Part shown: positions 52,647 through 64,000 of the stretch, one piece after another
How the letters are laid out: every line of letters begins with the position of its first letter
Numbering within the stretch: position 1 is the stretch's first letter
Origin: Octopus vulgaris
Lineage: Eukaryota
NCBI GenBank assembly: GCA_951406725.2
Contig: OX597817.1
Location: 174,716,001-174,780,000, forward strand
Reading direction: 5' to 3'
DNA length: 64,000 bases
Notes under the pieces: generated by a model
Databases searched by the model: none
What the model saw: the letters and a program-made list of their open reading frames with translations, nothing else
Told to the model about the DNA's origin: nothing
Program-made: the position numbers and the translations under genes

Positions 52647-53421
52647 TGTGTATATACATGTATGTGTATGTGTATATGTAGTCTCATAAGCCTCAGTCCT
52701 ACTTTAATCATGTAGTAGGTGGTGACCAGATTCTACATCTGATCATCCATATGCTCTGACATCACTTAAGGATAATCTCCAATGCTGACTAATAATCTCC
52801 AGTTGGGATGATCTCATTGTTGATGACTATCTGATGATCTCAATGATTTTTTTTTTTTTGTGCAGTGTTTTCTGTTTGGAGTATGCGTTTCCAATGCTGA
52901 AGATGCTCCTGCTACAGAAAAGACATTTCTTCTCTCACCTGATCCAATTGGTTCAATGTCACTCTTGGCTCCTATTATGTTTTAATACAGACTTATCCAC
53001 ATGAAATCCTGTCCAGCAAGCCCAGCAATAATAGAATGAACATGTGAGCAATATATACTCAAAAATACATGATGATTAAAGCAGAACCCCCAAAACAATC
53101 CACGTGCAAAACAAAGCAGTATGCAAATTAGAACTATTATTTGTACAAATTCACAAAATACAAATACATTTACTAAACAAGGGAAAAGTCACCAAACTCC
53201 GATCGATACCAAGTCAGAACTGAATTAGAGCAATATAACAGCTCCTTACCCATTGCTGTTGATTTGTGCATTTAGGTCACTCATTAATATTATGTATTCT
53301 GATATCATGTCTGGGGATATTGTTGAAGATCGTAGACATCATCTAAAATAATAACGATAAAATAATGTTGTGATGATGTGCTAACTGAATGGGGCTCATG
53401 CAGAAGCACAAAGACACATAT

Positions 53422-53485
<64 letters not shown>

Positions 53486-53486
53486 T

Positions 53487-53547
<61 letters not shown>

Positions 53548-53563
53548 TTATTCATACATATAT

Positions 53564-56500
53564 AGATAGTCGAGATGCTTGAACAGAGATGTGTGGATAT
53601 ATGTTGCATGCAAGAAGTAAAGTGGAGAGGAGGTTCTGCTAGGTTCCTCACAGGCAAGGAACACAGGTACAAGATTTTCTGGGCAGGGAACACTGACAGG
53701 GTTAGAGGCGTGGGTATACTTATCGCTGAGAAATGGGTAGATAAAGTAATTGAGGTAATCAGAGTATGTGACAGAATACTTAAGATTAGATTAGTGCTTC
53801 ATCATGGATTAGCAACCATTATATCAGCCTATGCTCCTCAGTCGGGGCTACCCAATGGACAGAAAGACCGATTCTATGACACTCTACTGCAGACTACCTC
53901 GTTGACGAACGACAGAGACCTTCTCTTTGTGGCTGGTGACTTCAATGGTCACGTTGGACGACATGCTGGGGGCTTCCATGGCGTACATGGAGGCTATGGC
54001 TCTGGTTCCCGCAACGAGGAGGGAACCAGGCTGCTGGAGTTCTGCGATGCAAATAATCTTATGATTTGCAACACTAACTTCAGGAAACCTACCAGCCACC
54101 TAGTCACCTACCGATTGGGCCAACATACCAGCCAAATTGACTACATCCTTGCCAGGCAAAGGGAGAGATGGCTACTTATAAATGCCAAAACCTTCCCAGG
54201 CGAAGAATGTACCCCACAACATAGACTGGTAGTTAGTGACTTTAGGATCAGGACTAGGAGGACAACCAGAAGACGACCAACATGAAGAAGAAGGATCTGG
54301 AAGCTTAAAGATCCTGCGAATGGACAGAGATTTAGGGACATGCTACTTGAAGCCTTTGACGAAGTAGAAGGGGATAGAGTATCACATGGGGTAGAAGGCA
54401 ACTGGACGTTTCTAAGGGACAACCTGCTGAGAGCCACTGACCAGATCTGTGGCTGGTGCAAAGTCTCCTCTCGTCTCAAGGTAACGTGGTGGTGGAACAG
54501 TGTTGTAGACAGGGCTATTAGAGAAAAGAGACAGACTTGGAAGCACTGGAACAATGGTGGTAGCAGGGAATTGTATCAGACTGCCAAAAGGGAAGCTAGG
54601 AGACAGGTCTATCTAGCCAGAGGGGAAGCAGATAAGAAAAAATTTGCCAATGTTCTGCGCCGTGAGAACCAAAGACTTGAGGTGTTTTGCGTTGCAAGAC
54701 AGTGTGTGAAAGAGAATTGTGATGTGGTAGGAGAGAAGTGTGTTTGCATGGAAGATGGCTCACTTGCGCCAAATGAGGATGCAAAGAGAGAGGTTTAGAG
54801 ACGCCACTATGAAAGGTTGCTGAATAAAGAAAATGAATGGGATAAAGAGAGTCTGCCGAATGTTGACCCAACAGAGGGACCAGCTATCAGAGTTGATAGT
54901 TCCTTGGTAGTTAAGGCAATTAGAAGCATGAAGACAGGGAAAGCCCCAGGCCCATCAGGTGTCACTGCAGAGTTGCTCAAAATATCTCGTAGTGTCGGCT
55001 ATAGCCTAGTCACCCGTATAGTTAATCAGGTGATACACGAAGGAGTCATACCCAATGACTGGTGTAGCAGCATAATAGTCAACTGCTACAAAGGTAAAGG
55101 TGACGCCCTAGATACAAATAATTACAGAGGTATCAAGCTGTTGGATCAGGTGATGAAGGTTACGGAGAGGGTCATAGCCCAACTAATTAGAGAGAGAGTT
55201 AGTTTAGATGAGATGCAGTTTGGGTTCGTGCCAGGGAAAAGTACCACTGATGCTATATTCCTGGTAAGGCAGCTGCAGGAGAAATACCTAGCCAAAGATA
55301 AGCCCCTGTACCTGGCTTTTGTTGACATGGAGAAAGCCTTCGACAGGGTCCCCCGATCCCTCATTTGGTGGTCAATGAGGAAACTAGGGATAGATGAATG
55401 GTTAGTGAGAGCTGTGCGAGCCATGTACAGGGACGCTGCTAGTAAGGTGAGGGTTGGCAACGAGTACAGTGAAGAATTCCAGGTAGAGATAGGGGTCCAT
55501 CAAGGCTCAGTCCTCAGCCCCCTCCTATTTATCGTAGTCCTCCAGGCAATAACGGAGGAATTCAAGACAGGATGCCCTTGGGAGCTCCTCTATGCTGATG
55601 ACCTTGCTCTAATTGCTGAGTCACTATCAGAACTGGAGGAGAAGTTTCAGGTGTGGAAGCAAGGATTAGAATCGAAGGGCCTTAGAGTCAATCTAGCTAA
55701 AACCAAAGTCGTAATAAGTAGGAAGGTAGACAAATCACAAACGCCTTCAGGTAGATGGCCCCGCTCGATCTGTAGAAAAGGTGTAGGTAGAAACTCTATA
55801 AGATGCACCAAGTGTAAGTTATGGACACATAAGAGGTGCAGCAATGTCAAAGGAAGGCTAACTAGGGAGATGGTTTTTGTATGTGGCAGATGCTCAGGAA
55901 CAATAAACACTGAAAATGCTCTGAGACCAACTTCTGTCACTTTCCAGGGAGAAAAACTAGAAATAGTTGAGAGCTTCCGTTACCTAGGTGACCAAGTCAG
56001 CAGCGGGGGTGGGTGTGCTGAAAGTGTAACTGCTAGAGTAAGAATAGCTTGGGCAAAGTTCAGAGAGCTCGTACCTCTGCTGGTGACAAAAGACCTCTCG
56101 CTCAGAGTAAAAGGCAGACTGTATGACGCGTGTGTACGAACAGCCATGCTACATGGCAGTGAAACATGGGCCGTGACTGCTGAGGATATGCGTAAGCTCG
56201 CAAGAAATGAAGCCAGTATGCTCTGATGGATGTGTAATGTCAGTACTCATACTCAACAGAGTGTAAGTACCTTGAGAGAAAAGCTGTACCTAATAAGCAT
56301 CAGATGTGGTGTGCAAGAGAGACGTTTGCGCTGGTATGGGCATGTGGCAAGGATGGATGAAGATAGTTGTGTGAAAAAGTGCCACACCCTAGCTGTTGAG
56401 GGAACCTTTGGAAGAGGCAGACCCAGGAAATCCTGGGATGAGGTGGTGAAGCACGACCTTCGAACTTTAGGTCTCACTGAGGAAATGACTAGAGACCGAG

Positions 56501-57258
56501 ACCTCTGGAAGTATGCTGTGCGCGAGAAGACCCGGCAGGACAAGTGAGACCATAACCCGTGGCCTTCTACATGGGATGTAGCCAGCCCACTTATGCATAC
56601 CTTCCCTTCTTGGGACACAAAACTCTACTTGTGAAGACCTGTTGAGGCAAGTGAGAAATCAGAATCGAAATTGATCAATGGAAATTGCAGCTGAGTTACC
56701 AGTACCGGTGGCACGTAAGAGAACCATCCGAACACGGCCGTTGCCAGCACTGCCCCGACTGGCCTCGTGCCGGTGGTACATAAAAAGCACCATCCGTTCG
56801 TGGCCGTTGTCAGCGCCGCTCAGACTGGCCTCGTGCCAGTGGCATGTAAAAAGCACCATCCATTCGTGGTCGTTGCTAGCCTCGCCTGGCCCCTGTGCCA
56901 GTGACATGTAAAAAGCACCATCCGTTTGTGACCGTCTGCCAGACTCGTCTGCACCACCATCCATTCGTGGCCGTTGCCAGCGCCGCCCCGACTGGCCTTG
57001 TGCCAGTGGCACATAAAAAGCACCATTTGTCCATGCCCGTTTGCCAGCTCCATCTGGCACCTGTGCGGGTGGCACGTAAAAAGCACCCACTACACTCACG
57101 GAGTGGTTGGCGTTATGAAAGGCATCCAGCCGTAGAAACACTGCCAGATCAGACTGGGCCTGATGCAGCCTTCTGGCTTCACAGACCCCAGTTGAACCGT
57201 CCAATCCATGCTAGCATGGAAAGCAGACGCTAAATGATGATGATGATGATGATGATGA
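53564..57258 (+). mobile_element. Near full-length RTE-clade LINE
   Basis: APE-RT single ORF, ~700-nt 3' UTR with repeats, terminal palindrome and (GAT)n tail. Both ends lie in (TA)n. Confidence 0.97.
53575..56547 (+). pseudogene. RTE ORF (APE endonuclease + reverse transcriptase + PHD-type finger), three in-frame stops
   Basis: Four track ORFs lie in one frame. Motifs: CMQEVKW, AGDFNGHVG, QIDYIL, NYRGIKLL, FVDMEKAFDRV, GVHQGSVLSPLLF, LLYADDL, FRYLG, GRGRPRKSW. Confidence 0.96.
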
Positions 57259-57861
57259 TATATATTATATATATATATATACACAGAGAGAGTATGATAT
57301 ACATACATATATATATATTCATGTAGATAGCTAGACAGATAGATAGATATATGCATACATACATGCATACAGACTGATATACACATACACACACACACGT
57401 ATGATAGACTTCCACACAGTTTCCATTTACCAAATTTACTCACAAGGTATGAGTCGGGTCGGAGCAATAGCAGAAGACAATTGCCAAAAGTGCCACACTG
57501 TGGGGCTGAATCCGAAACCATGCAGTCGCAAATCGCAAAGTGGACTTCTTAATCATACAGCCATACCAACATCATCTATATATTAATTTATATAATTTCA
57601 AAATTTTTTGATTTGAAATTATCAAATAATGTTTTCAATTAAATGGGTTACTGTCTGAAACGTTCAACATTCTAGAAAGGAGTTAGAAATAACCATCATT
57701 TGGCTTCCTAAAATAATTCGATTATTTATCTGTGCATATCGCAACTGTATTGATTTTATTATTGCGTACATAAATCTGCTTCTCTTTAACATTCAAGCAT
57801 ATACAAAAATTCTATTTTACAAGAATTTGAATGCTCTTTCTCCCTCCCTCCCTCCCTCCCT

Positions 57862-57903
<42 letters not shown>

Positions 57904-58019
57904 TGCTTCCCTCACTCATATATATTTGCACAAGATGTCCGACAACGCTATGAAACATAGAACTTTCTGATTGTAAATTGAACTTCTGAAATATTCAGCT
58001 ATTGTGCATCCACAACGGC

Positions 58020-58055
<36 letters not shown>

Positions 58056-58084
58056 TAATAATAATAATAATAATAATAATAATT

Positions 58085-58325
58085 CATTCTGGTTTTATTG
58101 GCCACAAGGGCTAATATTAATCAAAAACATGTAAGGACAAACACAGGGCGAAAAGTGCAAAGGGTTTTGTGAAAAAGAAAGGGCCATGTAAACATGAGAT
58201 AACAGTGAAAAATATAACAATTAGAAAGAACTCCCTATAGGAGGAGGTGCTTTGAAAGGTTACTTGTGGAAAAACCCATAAAAGCCACGGGAGCCTGGTC
58301 AAACGGGGAGAGAGCCCCTTCTCCT
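58085..58325 (-). mobile_element. Probable LINE 3' UTR whose end matches a SINE B tail variant
   Basis: The minus strand ends AGCCCTTGTGGCCAATAAA followed by (TTA)n, like the tails at 34068-34090 and 11615-11640. Confidence 0.5.
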
Positions 58326-58436
58326 TTTATAATAATAATAAAGATTTCATTTATTTGCCACAAGGGTGAAGGATGAGGGGGACAATACAAAGACAGACAG
58401 AGTGTGTGGGTTTACATATAATGAAAGGATAATAAT

Positions 58437-58895
58437 AAAGACAGGAAAGAAAATACTTGTAGACTAATAGATGTCAGTGTTCCCACTGATAAAAATATAT
58501 CTGTAAAGAAATTTGACAAATTAAATAAATATAAGGACCTGGAAATTGAAATACAAAAGATGTGGCATCTTAAAGGGAGAACTGTTCCTGTTATTGTGGG
58601 TGCCCTAGATATAATAAACAAAAAGGGATGTCAGAAACATCTAGACAACATCCCAGGAGAACCATGTCTCAAAGAAATCCAAAAGATTGTGCTGACAAGC
58701 ACTGCCCACATCTTTAGAAAAACCCAATCAATTTAAATGTCTGTGATGTACTATATGAAGGTATTTTGCTACTGCCCCTGCCACTTCCCCTCCCCAAGCT
58801 TTCAGTCATACTGTAACATCTCTTATCTTTCACTTGCCCTAGGATACTGGGTGTGTCACAGCAAGTGATTGTAACAAACATGCAGATTTAAAGTA

Positions 58896-58937
<42 letters not shown>
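58437..58937 (+). mobile_element. R4/Dong-like non-LTR 3' end (restriction-like endonuclease) with (TAA)n tail
   Basis: CRLIDVSVPTDKNI...KLNKYKDLEIEIQKMW...VPVIVGAL...IQKIVLTSTAHI, stop at 58736. Confidence 0.88.
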
Positions 58938-59865
58938 CCTTTCTACTATCAGCACAAGGCCCAAAATCTGAGGAAAGGGATAAGTTGCTTACATCACTCC
59001 CAGAGCTTGGCTGGTTCTTATTTCATCAACTCTGGAAGGATGAAGGGCAAAGTCTACCTTGGCAGAATTTGAGCTAAGGACATAAAGACTGACAAAATGC
59101 TGCTAAGGCATTTTGCTTGGCATGCTAATAACTCTGCCAGCTTGCCACCTTAATAACAATTATAAAAATGGATTCAAATTTTGGCACAAGGCCAGCAATT
59201 TTTGGTGAGGGGTCTAGTCAATTACATTGACCCCAGTACTCAACTGGCACATATTTTATCAACCCCGAAAGGATCAAAGGCAAAGTTGAACTGGGTGGAA
59301 TTTGAACTCATAACGTAAAGACAGAGAAAATTCTGCTAAGTATTTTGCCCAACATGCTAACAATGCTGCCAGCTAAATACCTTAATAATAATGATAATAA
59401 TAATCTTTTCTACTACAGGTGCAAGGCTTGAAATCTGGAGGAGGAAGATAGTAGATTACATCAACCCCAGTACTCAACTGGTACTTAATTTATCAACCCT
59501 GAAAGGATGAAAGGCAAAGTCGACCTTGGTGGAATTTGAACTTAGAACATAAAGAGGGACGAAATGCCACTAAGCATTTTGCCCGGCATGCTAATGATTC
59601 TGCCAGTTCACTGCCTTAATAATAACAATGATAATAAACTAGTAATAATAATAATAATAATTTCTAATAGAGGCACATGGCTTGAAATTTGGGAAGAGGG
59701 GATGGTTGATCACATCAACCCTAGTACTTAATGGGTACTTAATTTATCGACCCTGAAAGGATGAAAAGTAAAATAGACCTTGGTGGACTTTGAAATCAGA
59801 TGAGGGAAATACTGCTAAGCATTTAGTCCAGCATGCTAACAATTCTGCCAGCTTGCTGCCTTACT
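58936..59865 (-). mobile_element. Four head-to-tail SINE family B copies separated by (AAT)n
   Basis: Copies at ~58936, ~59170, ~59400 and ~59660, each with GCACAAGG...GGATGAAAGGCAAAGT...CTGCCAG. Confidence 0.88.
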
Positions 59866-59889
59866 ATTAATAATAATAATAACAATAAT

Positions 59890-60260
59890 ATCGAGCTTAT
59901 TGTACACAGTACTCAAGTGCACTACAAATCATTGGAGAAGGGAAAAGAAGGGAACAGAAAACAGCAATAAGTCAAAGAAAGAAAGACAATAACGACAGCC
60001 AAAAATGCATGCACAGAACACAGAATACAATACACAAAAAAGGCAGAAAATGGAACAGCAAAAGAACCTCAAAGATGAAACAGAGCATATGCATGTCAAG
60101 AAATAGTTTTGGTGAATTTCAGGAAGCATGAAATGTTTGAAGGATGCAGTGTTCTGAAAGCTAACAACCGATGTCAGGGCTAGTTTATTTCTTCTGCAGT
60201 TGCTTAAATTGCACTTGAAGAAAGCATGAACATGGCAAATTCTCATTTATCTTTCCTTGA
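59890..60260 (-). mobile_element. Probable CR1/L2-type 3' end
   Basis: The minus strand ends TTGTAGTGCACTTGAGTACTGTGTACAATAA; the same tail occurs at 12033-12075. The clade call is tentative. Confidence 0.5.
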
Positions 60261-60739
60261 TAAATAAATCTTTTGCTTAATAAATAGGTTAATCTTTTCA
60301 CTGTCCCCTCTATTGGTCCATCAAGCTGGATTCAGCAATGTTATGTAAATGAACAGTAATAAATATTTCCTTGGTTAGAATACCAACGACTTGCAGTTAA
60401 TGTCTTCATGGATTCCAATAATTTTTCTCTCAAAAAGCTAAGCTAGATGAAAGCCAAAAAACAAACTGAAAACAAACCATCTTTTTGAATGACACAACAA
60501 GAAATATTTTGTATCCTGTGGACTCATTACGCTTGAGTTCTTCTTACCTGTGATGTTGAACTGGGTGTTGTGTTGCATAAATAATATATGTTGAATTTTC
60601 AACATGACAATCCTAGGTTTTTATTTTTTATTTGGTGCTCCAGCATGGCCACAGTCAAATGACTGAAACAAGTATACGAGTAAAAAATTTATCTAACATT
60701 ATTAATGTTATTACTGTTATTATTATAATTAATAAGGCG

Positions 60740-63540
60740 GCGACCATCAGAAGGACATGTGTTCACGAGCTGTAAGCTTTTGTTCAATTTTTACAGATAA
60801 TAGTGTTGTATCTGAAATTTTTTAATAACATTTCTGTGGCCAGGCCAACTGGGCTCTTGCTGAGCTGAGCAGTTAGGAGGAACTTTACCCCTTTTGGGGC
60901 GAATTTTCAATTCAAATTCTTCATTTTTTTCATTTTTCAATTTTTCAATTTGCAAAATGTCCTTAGAGAAGAGTGTGAGCTTTTCCTTTTGACTTCCCCC
61001 TCTGCTGTCAGAAAATAGCCAAAAATGTTTAAAAATCAATTGTCTCTGCCCTCTCTGTGCCTTAAAAGTCAGAGAGAGGGTTGACCAAAGTCTTGCTAGC
61101 ATGTGCAACGCTGAGCAACAGAAGGAAAAAGAAGAAAAGAAGTGGAAGAAAGAGGCGGAAAAGAGCAATGAAATTCAGCTAATGGATGCTGCTAGCATCA
61201 CAACACCTGTGAATCCAAGCCCTCCCACTACCACCACTAACACTAACACATTGAACAACAGCAACAACAACAACAACCTAATGCATTTAGAAATGAATTC
61301 ATTGATGTTTCTGTAGAATCTCTCAAAGACTACAGAAACATGTTAAAAAGAAAAAGCGAAAGATGTTTTTCAATAAACGCACCTCCAGATATTATAGACA
61401 ATACAAACAAATGTACCATAGTGTACAAAAGTATTTCTTTAAAAATTAGATGTTTAGAAACTGCCACAAAGGAAGCAGTTGAAAAATGGTTGCAACTCAT
61501 TTGGAAAGACGTAACATATCTTTTGAGGGGCAAGAAACTTGAATTGGAGTCAGATTTGCTAGTGAAGATGTAGCAAAACAGCACTCAACAGTCCAGCTGA
61601 GAAACAGTGAACTTGTCCTAGTTCCAACATACTTGGGATGGCACATCACCAAGATAAAAATATTAGAGATACCACCAGAAATTAATGCTTGCTAGATTGT
61701 CGCAGCTGTCCTCCTCGACTTGGAAGATAAAATCAGAATCATCCAAGTCAAGAGACAAGGAGGAAACAACTGAACTGGTCAGGAACTGCAAATAATGATC
61801 CAAATAAACCAAGTTGCTTTGGAATAAATTCCTGACCAACTCAGCCTTCCAGATGGCACTATGCTGAACATTTTAGTCGAGGGCTGAAGGCCAAGATGTT
61901 ATCAATGTGGACAGAATAACCACCTGAAAGCCTTCTGCCCACAACTAAAACAGAAGGAGGGCACTTTCCCCTTGATACAAGCATCCCCCACATCACAACA
62001 ACTGAAGCAACCCTAACTACAGAAGCAACCCCAACAATAAAGGTAACCCCAACAAGAGAAGAAACTGCATGAAAAGAAAGCAGAGAGGGCTCCAGCAAGC
62101 TCAGCACCATCAACACCACCACAACCAACTATACAAGAGACAACAACACCAACAATAACAGAAGCACTGACCACAACCACCACCACCATCACCTCAAATG
62201 CCTACAAAAACACCATCCTGGAGCCTCTCTAAATCCTTGGTCATGGAGTGGCTGTGTGGTAAGTAGCTTGCTAACCAACCACATGGTTCCGGGTTCAGTC
62301 CCACTGCGTGGCATCTTGGGCAAGTGTCTTCTGCTATAGCCCCGGGCCGACCAATGCCTTGTGAGTGGATTTGGTAGATGGAAACTGAAAGAAGCCTGTC
62401 GTATATATGTATATATATATATATATATAAGTGTGTGTGTATATGTTTGTGTGTCTGTGTTTGTCCCCTTAGCATTGCTTGACAACCAATGCTGGTGTGT
62501 TTACGTCCCCGTCACTTAGCGGTTCGGCAAAAGAGACCGATAGAATAAGTACTGGGCTTACAAAGAATAAGTCCCGGGGTCGATTTGCTCGACTAAAGGC
62601 GGTGCTCCAGCATGGCCGCAGTCAAATGACTGAAACAAGTAAAAGAGTAAAGAGTAAAGAGTAAAGAGAGAGACCGCCATACTCTACTTAAGGAGTGCAA
62701 CATTTGGCCTACTCCCACCCCAAAGTGCTAACAGTAAGTAGTCCTCTTGTTTTTTCTCCTTACCAGCCACTCAAATGGTCATACTCAAAATAGGTTGCAT
62801 AAATGTACATAGCCTGGGGTCCCTTTGGAAACAAGGTCACTTACTCAATGAGGTCATGAGGAATAGATGTAATAGCTATTACTGAATCCAGACTAACTGA
62901 ACTACAAGCTTTCATGCCCATTTTCAATGACAACGAGATCTTACCATCTCTGTGTTGGCAGGGAATGGGTGGTGGGGGTACTGCAGTATTGTTTCGGAAA
63001 GGTCTGGATCTCAAACTAAGGTCAGTCTTCTTAGACCCAGAAGGTAAGCTGGTGGTCCTGGGCATGAATGGTAGTAACAGTGGGGCCTTCAGACTGGTGG
63101 CTGTTTATGCACCACCAGGTGTAGGACAGCTGGAATACTTCAGGCATCTGGAGGTCTTCCTGGGTAAGTCCCTACCTTTAGTGTTAGTGGATGATTTCAG
63201 TGCCATCTTAGATGCGCAATTGGATTGTGTGGGGCTAGCCAATAAGAAAGAGGGTTGCAAAAATCTCGCAAACCTGTTTAGACTCTTTCAACTGTCTGAC
63301 GGGTACTGACTGGATTTCCCGAATGTGCCAGAGTAGACATGGGCAAACCACATTGAAACATCCAAATTGTACCTAAATAGAGTATTTTGCAGGTCTTTAG
63401 ATAGGGATAGTATTAGTTGGACACAGTTTAAAATAGTTGACTGTACAGATCACAAATTGGTAACCTGTAAGGTCGACTTAGCATACAATAATTGGCACTA
63501 TCGTCACCTTCTTCAGTTTCCATAGCTGGACTATTTCGTA
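60740..63540 (+). mobile_element. Decayed Tx1/L1-like LINE: 5' UTR, ORF1 remnant, APE endonuclease; RT missing
   Basis: From 62776: KIGCINVH, DVIAITESRL, GGGTAVLFRK, DPEGKLVVL, RLVAVYAP, LVDDFSAILD, TDHKLV. Disrupted coding-like sequence at 61100-62220. Confidence 0.8.
62245..62670 (+). mobile_element. Young SINE family A inserted in the Tx1-like element
   Basis: CpG-rich, near-consensus copy. Confidence 0.92.
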
Positions 63541-63625
63541 CTTAAGAGGGTTGTATCTATCTATCTTTATGCTTTCCTTCTTGACTATTCGTGGGTCAAA
63601 GGGGTATGCTGCATCAACTATATTG

Positions 63626-63626
<1 letters not shown>

Positions 63627-63680
<54 letters not shown>

Positions 63681-64000
63681 GTTATTATTTATTATTATTA
63701 TTATTGTTATTATTATCATTATTATTATTATTATTATTCAGTAGTTTTATTTTTATAGCGTGCTTTCACTTCACTACCAAGCGCAGCTCTGTGTGCCTTG
63801 GGTATGTGCTGTGATTTGTTGTGATGCTCTGATGGTTATTGTATGGAAAGTGTTCTGCGTAGGATGTGTGCAGTGCCTAGTAGTGCAATTTTCTGTATGT
63901 TATATGTGTTTGTAAGTCCTGGTGTTTTTGTTATGTATTTGTCTGAATATTTTTTTATCATGCCTAATGCACCTACTATGATAGAGAATTGTTTCTGTTT
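63627..64000 (-). mobile_element. R4/Dong-like 3' end with (TAA)n tail
   Basis: The minus strand reads IIVGALGMIKKYSDKYITKTPGLTNTYNIQKIALLGTAHILRRTLSIQ* (stop 63836-63838), then a short UTR and (TAA)n. Confidence 0.88.

Noticed and set aside
54141-56618. Minus-strand ORFs over the LINE
   Set aside because: They are antisense shadows of the RTE ORF.
56700-57090. CRISPR-like repeat-spacer pattern
   Set aside because: The apparent spacers are homologous to each other, and the array is part of a eukaryotic LINE 3' UTR.

Overview
AT-rich, microsatellite-dense animal genomic DNA, most likely an intron or intergenic region of a coleoid cephalopod (Octopus-like). The taxon is inferred from the SINE/RTE repeat content, not proven. 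No host protein-coding gene could be recognised, and almost all short ORFs in the track are microsatellite or repeat artefacts. Mobile elements dominate. There is a near-complete RTE-clade LINE (53564-57258; APE + RT with an in-frame PHD-type finger; three nonsense codons) with many truncated copies or 3' tails, a full-length mariner with TIRs and TA TSD (43479-44769), and other Tc1/mariner remnants. There are also two R4/Dong-like 3' ends, a Tx1/L1-like 5' half, hAT MITEs with 8-bp TSDs, TTAA MITEs and several tRNA-derived SINE families. The most unusual object is a homogeneous 28 x 102-bp tandem array (48313-51168) built from a SINE 3' tail. It is open in frame on both strands, and 8 of its 11 unit variants fall at the wobble position shared by the two open frames. 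Also notable are a 189-bp ungapped inverted duplication with a promoter-like layout (5626-5814 / 12585-12773), variable hairpin arrays in the RTE 3' UTR, a 1.5-kb (GAT)n array with higher-order structure, and fold-back palindromes. Coordinates of decayed repeats are approximate.
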